A stretch of DNA of 63,913 nt, the filler included, from Neolecta irregularis DAH-3 (taxonomy: Eukaryota): the NCBI GenBank assembly GCA_001929475.1. It is 26 parts of 26 records of this genome, joined end to end, with 100 filler letters (N's around TTAATTAATTAA, not from the genome) between each part and the next. Parts side by side here need not be neighbours in the genome. Positions count along the whole stretch, not along the records: positions 51,225 to 52,549 come from LXFE01001627.1; positions 52,650 to 54,378 come from LXFE01001630.1; positions 54,479 to 57,099 come from LXFE01001631.1; positions 57,200 to 58,783 come from LXFE01001633.1; positions 58,884 to 61,328 come from LXFE01001634.1; positions 61,429 to 62,740 come from LXFE01001640.1; 20 more parts are not named here. The stretch is one strand, 5' to 3'. This document shows positions 51,345 through 62,740 of the stretch, one piece after another. How positions within the stretch are numbered: position 1 is the stretch's first letter; each line of letters starts with the position of its first letter. Both the position numbers and the translations under genes were made by a program. The notes under the pieces were generated by a model that worked only from the letters and a program-made list of their open reading frames with translations, did no database searches and was not told where the DNA came from.

Positions 51345-52549
51345 TTACTCTTCTAGCAGATTCCCCAATTCAAACATTTCCCCCTCCTCCCCCTCCCCCT
51401 CCATCTTCTTCGTCCGCGGCGGTCCTTGCGTGCTTTCATACACATGAATCAGAAACAACACGTCTGCGTCAGCAACACCAACAGAGACACCCACAAAAGT
51501 ACACCACAAAGGCCGCGCTGTACACCAGCAGCACATCCGTCACCGCATCAATATGCATGCTGTCCAACAGTTGAAGCTGCTCCTCGTTCGCAGACATAAA
51601 CATCAGCCCAGAACACACCAACAGCTACCAGTCAGACCGAAACATACTGCCCTACAAATGGCGCCAAATACTGATAGCTCTTGATTTCACGCCCCTCAAA
51701 GAACCCCTCGACAAACCTCGCTAATCCCGCACCTACAAGAGTCCACCCAAAGGCTGCATGCACCCTTGTAGAAATCTCAAGGTGCTGCGCATGTTGGCTC
51801 ATCGCCCACCCAGTTAGTATAATCACCAACGACGGCACAAATGTCCGGCTTGGTCCATTCCGCTGCGATAAAAACATGCCCAGTAGCCCGGCTGTCCACC
51901 AGATAATTCCTACCCTCAACAGACATTGACAAATTCATACCAAGCGAAGTGTGCTGGAGATCTTTGTGACTCCACGCCTCATTCCACCGATGTTCCGTGA
52001 ACGTATTAACAAATCCTGCCGTCAATAAACATCCCACATTTCATACCCCATATACATATCACCGCCGAGTCGTAAAAGTCCATACTCTTGCCCCGTCGTT
52101 TAAGCCACTCTTGACCAAACACCAACATCAATGTCATCACTATCCCGTAGCCCAAAAAGCTGCTCCCCATAATAAAATGTGCAATACACTGCCCCGTGTG
52201 ATCTGAACGGCAAAACCCAAGAACAGTAATACCCCCAAATAAAATCTGCACGTACGACAACACTGGTATCAACTTTCCCGTTATAGAGTGTACCGGAACA
52301 ACAAACAACCGTAATTTGCCAAATGGAGGATTGTTGTAATGGCCTTTTAAAAATATCCCAAATGATACTTGAAAAATTATTACCGTAAGAAACCACGGTG
52401 CGAAATTCGAGTGAATATTGGACTGGAATTGTCGGCCTTTATGCGCATGTCCTAGAAAATATCCCAAAACTACTTCAACCCCCATCGGAACGACAACGTA
52501 CCCATTAATACCGTCCCTGTAATCTGCACAGGAACATGCCATCGAGACT
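51345..52549 (-). CDS. YTP1: YTP1-like multipass membrane protein, 5' truncated
   Basis: [65 protein letters not shown]. Several introns. Confidence 0.85.
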
Positions 52550-52825
52550 NNNNNNNNNNNNNNNNNNNNNNNNNNNNNNNNNNNNNNNNNNNNTTAATTA
52601 ATTAANNNNNNNNNNNNNNNNNNNNNNNNNNNNNNNNNNNNNNNNNNNNGGTGTTGATCCGGCGATCCGGTTAGTTCGTAGGTAAGATTCCACTAAGGGC
52701 AAGTATTTGTGGGTAGACATTGAGGATGTTGCCTAATCATGGGCATTCGCTATTAGAGGATAATATAGAAAATATGCTAAAGAGACCTAATAAAACGGTC
52801 TTGTTCGCACCAGAATCATCATTCA

Positions 52826-53684
52826 ATGAATTATATCGCTATCCTCGTTAGTTTCGGTTTGACATTTTGTGTCGCAACAGGCGAACCTTCGACAACCGTA
52901 CCTCCAGGAAATGGGGCATATTGCAGTGTCGAATTTCCCACACAAGGTTGGCTTTTTAAGAACATGGGTGAAGGAAATTTTTCCGTGAACTTGGCGGATG
53001 ATGGTTTTCTCGTGGCTGTAGAATCAGAACTGAATATTGACATGATCGAAAGACAAGGACAGTTGATTGCTAGATCTTTTTCCACTTTCGAAGAAATGTC
53101 AATGGACGTCATCCTCGCCAAAGGTGGTCAAATAAGTAAAGTCAGCGGTACAAACACATACAGTCATTTTTCCAAAGATGCTCACGGTGGGCTTTTACAT
53201 GGTGGAGTCAACTCGTTCTATCAATGCTCGGCAACAAACAGGATATCCATCAGCTGGTCGATTGAATGTATATCATGGGGAACAATTATTCCTGCATGAA
53301 TGTGCAAGTTCAGACATGTGCTAACAGAAAGCAGCGACTGGACAAACTTCATACTTGAATTTAGCGGATGATGGGTTTCTCGTGGCCGGGGAAGCAGATC
53401 CGAAGATTAGCATTGTCGTAACAAGTGATGGACAGCTGAATATCATTCTTCAAATTGGAGCAGGACAGACAATACTGATGGATGTCGACGACAACGGTCA
53501 AATAAAAAAAGCCATAGGATCACCCAAACACAGTGGTTTTTCCGTAGGAGGTGGTGTTCTTGCATTCAATAACTTTCTTTTGTTCTATCAATGTACGAAG
53601 ACAAATAGGTTATCGATCAAGTCGTCGCCGGAATGTTCAGAAGTGCGAGTTGTGCACCTGAAACCTCCTGAAATACCCTGGTAA
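52826..53684 (+). CDS. Secreted protein with two tandem FYQC domains
   Basis: Signal peptide and two repeats of NLADDGFLVA...G.I.K..G...HS.FS...L......FYQC..TNR.SI..S.EC. Joinable in frame by an intron at 53294-53327 (GCATGA..CTAACAG). Confidence 0.75.
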
Positions 53685-53877
53685 GAAGGTGGAGGTATAT
53701 AGTCATGTATATTTAAACTACCAAAGAATAGATGCAGATCCCGAGATGAGTTGACAAGGTGGAGGTATAATCAAGGACAAGAATAGTATGTCAAGAATGG
53801 ATGCTCGATGAGATGATAAATCACGTGATGTAATTACCACTAATTACAGTAATGGTTGATAATATCTAGAAACCGCC

Positions 53878-54378
53878 ATGACACTTGCGGAATACGAGGA
53901 TGACAAGCCGATGGTTGATGAAGGGATGTACGTCACCGCTGGAGATGCGAGGCTGATAGCAGCATACGGTGTATATGCACGTACGACCACGACGACGGGT
54001 TTACGATCCAGTGCGAGGAGTGTCTGTGCTGGCAGCATGCGGACTGCGTGCTGGCGAACCCGCGGGTGGTGCCGGACAAGTATTTCTGCGAAGAGTGCCG
54101 GCCGCGGGCGATCGACGTGAAGCGGGCGCAGGAGCGGCAGCGGAAGAAGGGGTGGCCGAAGAAGAAGCGGGGCAAGGCGAAGAAGAGCGGCGCGGACAAG
54201 GAGGAGGATGACGAGGGGTGGCGGGTGGAGTTTTCCGAGACGGCCAAGTGTATTCTGGCCGCGGGGGCGGAGGAGGTGCTGCGGGGGATCCGGGAGGCGA
54301 GCGCGCGGGAGGAGATTGACGGTATGCGGCGGGCGGGACAGGCAGGCTGACGGCAGGGACGCGCAGGCCGCCGATCCC
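53878..54378 (+). CDS. SET3: PHD-finger protein, Set3/Set4-like N-terminus (truncated)
   Basis: After a GTACGT..CAG intron: IRCICTYDHDDGFTIQCEECLCWQHADCV..PDKYFCEECRPR.IDVKRA.ERQ. Confidence 0.75.
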
Positions 54379-54478
54379 NNNNNNNNNNNNNNNNNNNNNN
54401 NNNNNNNNNNNNNNNNNNNNNNTTAATTAATTAANNNNNNNNNNNNNNNNNNNNNNNNNNNNNNNNNNNNNNNNNNNN

Positions 54479-54570
54479 CAGACATCACAGATACAGACAC
54501 TACAGATACAGACATCACAGATACAGACACTACAGATACAGACACTACAGACTTTGCGGATACAGACATC
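54479..54570. repeat. 15-bp tandem repeat (CAGATACAGACACTA-like)
   Basis: About 6 copies at the contig start. Confidence 0.9.
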
Positions 54571-55284
54571 ACGGGTACATAGTGCTGTCCTCCCTCTACC
54601 CCGATGCCACGCTGCTGCGGATTGCCCCCAACGGATGTTGCAAAGACAACACCTTGCAGAGACGCCGCCCTTTCTGGCCACACTCACTGTCCTCCCACAC
54701 TGTGACCCTCCGCCGTCCTGCATGCTGTCCTGCTCCTCTGCCCCCGCAGACTACGACCCGCTTCTCCAGACTACAGCCCGCGTCTCGTCCCCGAGGACGA
54801 CGTGCCCCCGCCCTGCACTAATATCTGGGTCCCTGAGCTACATGGGGAAATATTGATTTATATTAGAGATCCATGCACTTCCATGAACGGTGTTCCCTCC
54901 AAATATAATTCAGCCTCGCCTCGTCCCCGCCCCGTAATCCGCAGCCTCCGCCTCGACTGACCCGCTTCCGGCTCCGCGAAACCATCCAGTACCTGCTCCT
55001 CGCCGTTGTATTCGTCTAACCCTAACCTTGTTCTGCTGCCCTACACCGTCTCGTCATTTCACTTTGTCTCCCTGCGATCAAACGTCCCGCCCGCTATCGC
55101 CACCTCCGCCCTCTCAATTCTGACCTCCCCCGCAGATTGTCCTTGGATGAGGAGTTGGGTGTTTCTGGGGCAAGGTGATGTTTAGAATCAATTACAATAA
55201 AAGTCTGTCCTTGTACTACAGGCGTGTGTATTTACTATAGTTCTCTTCATCTGCGTCAGAGCTAGTATTATGCTTTCTGTCAGT

Positions 55285-55730
55285 TCAAAGTCGGGGTTTT
55301 GCAGATACCATCACTCCAATCGTACCCCATGTTGGACATTCATTCAACGAGGTCAAGGTTACGACATTTGAACCATCGCATTGATAGAACGACTCGACCC
55401 CATCATATCTAAGCAGGTTGCCCGCAGTATCAAACAATAGTCACAGCTCTTAGCATTAAAACTCTATCGGCCCTGTCCGTTGAGACTCATGCAAAACCTT
55501 GCCCTGGGATCCATCAAGCTTCCAGCCAGCAATGACCATTCGGTCGTGTTAGGTGAGGACTGAGCTACGAGAAAATAGTTAACATCCAGATTCAAGTTGA
55601 AAATTCCTACACCGGTGTTTTTAAATCGCAAGACATTCACGGAAGATGTAGATGCAGTTGCAGTTGCAGGTGCAGGCTGTGCAACACGGGGCATCAAAGC
55701 GAAGCTGGCGAGGATAGCGAGAAAATCCAT
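55285..55730 (-). pseudogene. Disrupted member of the secreted FYQC family
   Basis: MDFLAILASFAL..FKNTGVGIFNLNL..FLVA, then TAG at 55464 and a frameshift, then LRYDGVESFYQC..ECPTWGTI. Matches domain 1 of the 52826 protein. Confidence 0.75.
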
Positions 55731-55819
55731 CGATTATAGATTAGGTGTGCTGCGCAAGCTGTGCAGCTTGCCACAAAAGCTATGGGTATCATTACTTCAA
55801 GGATTTACTGAATATAAAG

Positions 55820-56222
55820 CGAATTGGCCACCTCATCCAGCTCTTCAGTAACTGATCTCGTTGAATTCGAAACCAGGAGAGCCTCGGAATAGCTTTAGGG
55901 AGATCGACAAAAAGCTCGACAGTACAGTGCGGTCCTTGTTTTAAGAGAACTGGCTCAAAACTCGACAATCATCATCTCCTCTCATTTAGCGAAGTATTTG
56001 ATCTCATGTGGGTTGCATTGCCTGATATACGCATGACAGTTCGAGAGGCTGCGGCGGAAGCATTAAGAGCCTGCTTGGATATCATCTATACTCGAGAAAG
56101 TCATCAATGAGCCTGATCACTACAAATAAACTTCTCCGAGAGGCTCAAAATGAGCTCAAGATGGGCACTGTCAAATGCATCCATTCAAGTTTTTTGACAT
56201 ACAGAGAGCTTTTTACATGGCG
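55820..56222 (+). pseudogene. TOR: TOR kinase N-terminal HEAT fragment, disrupted
   Basis: DLVEFETRRASE*L*GDRQKARQYSAVLVLRELAQNS..VFDLMWVAL.D.R..VREAAAEAL.ACL.II..RE..LLREAQ..LK..IHSS.L.YRELF. Confidence 0.85.
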
Positions 56223-56299
56223 CTGGGTTAGAGCAAGTAAGTGTAACATTGATAACGTCGCACTATGTATAAGAATGGGGAATGCAGATAGCACGACTG

Positions 56300-56390
56300 C
56301 TAGAAGGTACATTATATGAAAATCTTCAAGAATACATCAATGCTGAGATCGGTTTGGGAATAATCACCACTCTACAATCTGCTACCGCCA
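56300..56390 (+). pseudogene. Short Mer3/HFM1 helicase-like fragment
   Basis: LEGTLYENLQEYINAEIGLGIITTLQSA resembles the Mer3-family LES.LH.NL.EH.NAEI.LGTI motif. Confidence 0.5.
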
Positions 56391-57339
56391 AGTTTGTTAC
56401 ACATTGAGATTCTCAATGCGTAAGGGTTAGGATTTAGGGTCAAGGTTGACCATTTTGGTATTAGGGCTATGAATAGCTTCACATGGGCCCATCCGCAACA
56501 CTGATTTCTGCTCACAGTAGCTTCATCTCCATGGGCGGTGGGCTTGACCCTCATAAAAAGTGCACATGCTTTGGCCCATCCACAACCCTGTTGATTGCAA
56601 GATGTGCTTAGGATCATATTTGGATTGCAAGCCTTGAGCTGTGGTCAATGTCTTTTATCTATTTCGTTGTTGAATTCAGACATCTAAACAAAGGAAAAAC
56701 ATCAACATTGATTGCAAGAGGGAGGGAGGAGAAACGATGTGAGGTGGTCAGAGGTAACATAATACTAACGTGTAGAAGATAGGGAAACCCCAATAAAAAT
56801 ATGTTTTGTTTTACTATAGTACTATCAAGTCTACCAAATCCATTCAAGCTAGTCTCTTGGTGACTGGAGGGGATTCTATTTTGGTAATTAATAGTCTAAT
56901 TAATCCTACCAATGTCATGTTAAGCCTATGGCACACCCAATGTCCACCCCGCCTTGACCCCCTGGAGTGGATGGATTGTTGTTCACCCCAGGGTGGTATT
57001 CAGAATAAGACCCAATCCTGTGAGGGGGCGTAAAAAACCAGAAGCGGCTCAAATGTAGACCCAAACCGGACGCAGAAAACCATAAGCGGCTCAAATGTAN
57101 NNNNNNNNNNNNNNNNNNNNNNNNNNNNNNNNNNNNNNNNNNNTTAATTAATTAANNNNNNNNNNNNNNNNNNNNNNNNNNNNNNNNNNNNNNNNNNNNA
57201 TAGAATATTTACAGTGAAGTTAAAGCTCTTGTATTCAAACCAGTGATTAACTATCTAAATTGATGGAGAAGATCAAAGAGTGACTTAATCTATTCAGACA
57301 CTCAATCAAAAACCTGATTCCTTAGTAGAATTATCAGAG

Positions 57340-57595
57340 TGTAAGGAGCGCACGCTGGTGGTTAGTATGAACACCAGATGCAGTCTAGTGGCGGAAGGTC
57401 CCGGAAGATACCTGAACCTTCCAGTATATTCTGTAGCTGCTAATTAGCAGCATTATTGTACTATAAGTAGATAGGCTAACTATGGCAGTACTCTTGTCTT
57501 CAACCAAGAGTACTGACGAGTCAGGTACGTAGTAATATATGTCTTCAACCAAGAGTACTGACGAGTTAGCCTTATCTGATACATAGTATCTCACA
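57340..57595 (+). mobile_element. 5' LTR (256 bp) of the chromovirus family seen at 20254
   Basis: TGTAAG...TCACA, followed by a PBS and gag. Confidence 0.92.
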
Positions 57596-57597
57596 AT

Positions 57598-57610
57598 TGG
57601 AGGTCCTACC
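57598..57610 (+). promoter_or_regulatory. Primer-binding site TGGAGGTCCTACC (tRNA-Gln-like)
   Basis: Starts 2 nt after the LTR; reverse complement GGTAGGACCT-CCA matches my recollection of the fungal tRNA-Gln 3' end. Confidence 0.7.
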
Positions 57611-57686
57611 ATGTGGATGCTCATAAATCAGAACTCGCTGAATACCCTAAAGAACTAAAATAGATCTTTACACATTCACGCGAATC

Positions 57687-58783
57687 ATGGAGCAGATATC
57701 TACATCCATCAGCATAGCCGTAGCCTCAGCCATCGACCAGGCAATCGTACGAACTCAGGAACACCAGGCTGCAAATACCGCAGCCTTGGAAAATCACTTC
57801 ACGGCTACAGTGGCACAGGCAGTCACTGAAGCTGCAAAAACAATGGCTTTGACAGTCCAAAGGGCTGCCCATGTGCCGCAATTCCCAAAGTTCTCTGGTA
57901 AATAGGACGTTAATGACTGGTGATTTGCAGTAGTAGAAATCTCAACAGGAAACCAGTTTGAAATAGCAGAATTCAAGAGATTGATATTCGAATGTTTGAA
58001 TGGATATGTGAAGGAATGGTAGCGGGCAAACAAAGATGCTCTGGATACCGCCAGTTCTTCTGAAAGAATTATTGAGTTGTTTCATGGGGAATTCATCCCC
58101 TGAGGTTACTTATTCAAGCAGCGGGTAACATTCGATAACTTAAAAGTCAGAAATTCGATCACTGGATTCATAACCACCTTTCAGAAATTAAAACTCCGGG
58201 TTGATTATTCTGAACCAGTCCTAGTCTATGACTTTATTCAAGCATTCACGAGCATCCCTGCCTGTCAAGATAAGTTAATTGACAGAGCACCTGAAACTAT
58301 TTCGGCAGCAATCACAATTGCTCGTGAATAAGAATTAAAGAAATCAATGGTCAAGGGCACTAATGGTGATAGGGGTGGGTATGCCCCCATGGAAATTGAT
58401 GCGGTTTGAAAGAAAGGATACTGCAACTGGTGCAAGTCCAGTAAGGGGCACACGAAGAAGGACTGCTTCTTCTACCCCGGAAATAAACCCCTACGCAGTT
58501 TTGCCTTTAAGAAGAAAGGAGTCAGACAACGACGAAAAGTTAATGCAGTTGAGTCAGGAAAAGAGCAGGAGGGAATGGATGGAGAAGCCTACCCCCTTTA
58601 GTAAATGTGTCTGTCAGTGGTTATATAGATAAATCAAACACTGTTGAAAAAACTTCTCCGCCACTTGAAATTGTGAATGTAGCCCTATTTGGCAAAGGTC
58701 TCATCAAATTCCCTTGTACCATAAGTCAAAAGAAGGTGCAAGTGGAAGCCTTGGCACTAAAAGATGATGGCGCTACCCATAAT
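57687..58783 (+). mobile_element. Degenerate gag-protease
   Basis: PKFSG, APMEID, Zn knuckle CNWCKSSKGHTKKDC, protease DDGATHN. Multiple TGA/TAG/TAA stops. Confidence 0.88.
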
Positions 58784-59308
58784 NNNNNNNNNNNNNNNNN
58801 NNNNNNNNNNNNNNNNNNNNNNNNNNNTTAATTAATTAANNNNNNNNNNNNNNNNNNNNNNNNNNNNNNNNNNNNNNNNNNNNCACTTCTTGATATCGTA
58901 CTGGGAATATTCATCTACATGCATTGTCCAAGTGCCTAGAATAGCGTAATTGAAGTTCGTCACGTATTGGTCAAATGTATCCGAAGTACGCGAGATTGGA
59001 AACCGCACATCAATAAAAATAAAAGCCTTGTAGGAACACTGGACTTGATAGCTGCGAAATATCCCAAAAAAATCCATCAATGCCGCTAATGATGTCCAGC
59101 CAAGGATTCCATCTTAAAACAGCTGATCAGTCTAACCAAATTGCCAGCTATTGTCTCATCGCTCCAGCTTTGTATCAGGCTCAAAACTCTCCACCACGCG
59201 AAGGTGGTTGCCAATTGCCGCAAATTAACTTTTCCATCAGATTTGATCATCAATGAAGAATTCACAGTCCCCATCTAAGCGGACCGCCACCCAGAGACAA
59301 CAAAGACA

Positions 59309-60379
59309 ATGGTACGCTGCGGACCCCATAGCTCCTTAGCAGAATCGTACTGATGTTGATTCTCTGCAGCCTTTCGTCAAAGAAGTCAAGAATAAAGCTT
59401 ATTATAAGCGTTTCCAAACTAAATTCAGAAGACGCCGCGAAGGGAAAACCGGTATCTTTTTTTTGGTCTGTACGGGATAAATTCTGACCCATAGATTACT
59501 ATGCGCGGAAGCGGTTGATTACCCAGGCCAAGAACAAGTACAATTCTCCCAAATATCGTCTCGTTGTGAGATTCACCAACCGCGATATCATTTGCCAAAT
59601 TGTCTATGCAAAGATTGAAGGAGATGTCGTCCTCGTTTCAGCTCATTCTCATGAACTTCCCAAATACGGCATCAAGCACGGTCTCACAAATTGGCCTGCC
59701 GGTGAGTCTAGGAAATTGAACTTGTTGCTGATACTGCAGCCTATGCTACGGGTCTACTTGTTGCTCGACGCGCTTTGACAAAATTGGGTCTTGCTGAGAC
59801 TTACCCTGGTGTCCAGGAGATTGACGGGACTTACTCTCTTACCGAGCCTGTGGAAGGTGAAAATCGACCCTTCCGTGTCTTCCTCGATGTCGGTCTTGGA
59901 CGAACGTCTACTGGAGCTCGAGCGTTTGGTGCGCTAAAGGGTGCTTCTGACGGCGGCCTTTCTATTCCATATTCTGAGTCCCGCCTAGCTGGATATGATC
60001 CCGAATCCAAGGAACTGGACTCGGAGGTTTTGAGAAAGTACATCTTTGGTGGCCATGTTGCAGAATACATGGATATGCTTCTCGACGATGATGAAGAGCG
60101 ATATAATAAACAGTTTTCAGGGCTTATCGCTGATGGAATCGAAAGTGATCAATTGGAAGATATCTATGCCCAAGCTCATCAAAAGGTGTGTTTTTGTTTC
60201 TTTGTAATCCCCACGACTGATGAAAATAGATCCGGGCTGATCCTTCGTTTACGCCAACAGAGAAGAAAGCTGATTACAAGTCATTCGCCAAATACAAGAC
60301 CCAGAAACTTACGAGAGAAGAGAAACAGAAGCGGGTTGAAGACAAAATTGCACGAGTCCAGAACGCGATGGAACAATGA
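59309..60379 (+). CDS. RPL5: 60S ribosomal protein L5 (uL18), 4 introns
   Basis: [95 protein letters not shown]. Confidence 0.97.
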
Positions 60380-60534
60380 CAGTCAAACTCTATATAGTAT
60401 TTGATTCTTCAATGAGAGAAAAAGTTAGTGCCTTTGGTATGCTATCATAGTTGTCGCTTCGTTGGTACGACTCGACGCTTGAGTAAGTTGGTCTTGTTTC
60501 AGACATCAATCCTAAAATCCTCCCTTTTTTCTTT

Positions 60535-61277
60535 ATGTATTCCTCTAGTCCAGGTCAAGCATCAGCCTTTGCCACCCAAGAATTGGTGATAGAATTGTCA
60601 AGTTCATCTTATTTCAACTTTGGTTTATTGCTAGTTCGTCGTTGAAAAACCCACTTCATTCGCCCACCGGAGTCTACGTCAGTGTTTCACCCAACAATCC
60701 TCGGAGTACCTCGTCTCAAACGCAGACTACTCTAATCCCTTAGATTGGTACGGTGTCATATTTATCCACAGTGGTGCGCTTTCTTTCGATGTATTGTGAA
60801 AGGCTTAATAGGGTAGGACCTTATAAATTTGGGGTTTTCAAGTTCATATTGTCATTTCCAGATATCTATCCCGCTCTCCCACCGGCAGTGCAATTCACCA
60901 GCGAAGTATACCATCCATTGATTTCACATAATGGAATTTTGTCTCTTCGAAATGGATTCCCCAAATGGATTCCTGGGCAACATTATGTATTCCATCTTCT
61001 CCATTATATTAAAAACTCGTTTCGGACGGTTGTCCTAGATATTCTAACGGTCGAGGAGGTTAACAATGAGTTTGCGTGGATGACATACAATGGAGACAGA
61101 AAGCTCTTCTCACGGCTTGCTCAGCAGAGCGTCGATGTAAGTCTTTCGCCCACGGTGATTGGGCATGATGACGGAGGAATGATTGTATTCCAAGGAGAAG
61201 CGAGTGAAGAAAAACAGATGGAAATTCTTGAACTCGAGCGGAAACGAAAGAATGGAGAGTCGATGCAGCAGACATAG
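60535..61277 (+). CDS. AKTIP/Crossbronx-like ubiquitin E2 variant (no catalytic Cys), 3 introns
   Basis: QELVIEF|SSLKN..PTGVYVS..WYGVIFIHSGPY..GVFKF..FP..YP..PP..F.SEVYHPLI..G.LSL..FPKW. Donors GTCAAG, GTACCT, GTGCGC. Confidence 0.85.
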
Positions 61278-61428
61278 TGTTGAAGGCTGTGAAGTTGGCT
61301 TCAGTGTAGGCAATGAATAATAAATCAANNNNNNNNNNNNNNNNNNNNNNNNNNNNNNNNNNNNNNNNNNNNTTAATTAATTAANNNNNNNNNNNNNNNN
61401 NNNNNNNNNNNNNNNNNNNNNNNNNNNN

Positions 61429-62740
61429 TTCTACAAAACTCAAAATATGATATTATTCTTGGCAAATCATGGCACTCTAAGCAACAACCAGTGGTTGATT
61501 ATAACAATAATTCATTCAGAATTAGAAACCAAACTTTCATTGGCATTCATTATCCTAAGAAAATACCTGAAATTTCTGTACTAGAATTAGAAGAAGCTCT
61601 AGCAAATGATGCAACAGCTTTTGCAGTTTTCATTGAACCTGCAAACTCAAAGGAAAATTCTCATCAAACTGATCCTGATCTTAGAAAATTACTAGAAGAA
61701 TATAAGGATATATTCAAGTCTAAATTTGGATTACCAGATCAAAGACTATATGACCATAAGATTGAACTTATTGACAAGTCAATCCAACCAAAAAATAGAC
61801 CAATCTTCCCACTTTCAATTGCAGAAACTGAATTTCTCAGAAAAGAGATTGCAGACTTACTAGAAAGGGGATTCATAGAACCAAGTACATCACCATATGG
61901 AGCAGCAGTTCTTTTTGTCAAAAAGAAAACTGGAGAGCTAAGAATGTGCATTGATTATAGACAACTTAATCAAAATACAGTTAAAATTGCTGCTGCACTC
62001 CCCAGGGTTGATGAACTTCTTACAAGGATTGGAAAATCAAGAATCTTTTCAAAATTGGATCTAGCATCAGGATATCACCAACAACTACTAAACCCAGAAA
62101 CTAAACATTTAACAGCTTTCAAGACTAAATTTGGCCACTTTCAATTCAAGGTTCTACCATTTGGATTGGCAAATGCCCCAGCAACATTCCAAGAAATGAT
62201 GTCAGAGGTATTAAGAAATTTAGATCATATATCAGGAGTCTTTATGGATGACATTATTATCTTCTCAGAATCAAAAAAGTCACATATGGAACATTTGAGA
62301 ATAGTTTTCAATAGACTCAAGCAGAACAAACTTTATATCAAAGCAAATAAATGTGAATTCTTGAAAAATGAAATTGAATGGTTAGGACATAAAATATCTG
62401 GCAAAGGTATACAAGTTGTTGAATCTAAAATCAAAGCTATATCAGATTGGCCAACCCCATCAAGAGCAAAGGATATCCAAAGCTTTCTGGGATTAGCTGG
62501 CTACTATATGAACTTTGTTAACAATTATGCAACAATTGCTGGTCCACTTACAGATTTACTAAAAAAGGACTGTGAATGGAAATGGACTCAAAAAGAAATC
62601 TTATCTTTTGAAACTCTCAAAAAAGCATTAATCTCAACACCAGTCTTGGTTAGACATAACCCAAGCAGAAAAACTATCTTAACATGTGATGCATCAGGAA
62701 TAGGAATTGGAGCAGTACTCTCACAGCAACTTGAAAATGG
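61429..62740 (+). mobile_element. Intact Ty3/gypsy pol segment (protease end-RT-RNaseH start)
   Basis: YDIILG, SPYGAAVLFVKKK.GELRMCIDYR, FSKLDL.SGYHQ, PFGLANAPATFQ, FMDDIIIFS, SFLGLAGYY, TCDAS.IGIGAVL. No stops and no CpG seen. Confidence 0.95.

Noticed and set aside
20254-57595. Two matching LTRs as the ends of one 37-kb element
   Set aside because: Wrong order (3' LTR first), different contigs and non-matching target-site flanks.
58884-59274. Gene divergent from RPL5
   Set aside because: Short truncated frames with no recognisable motif.
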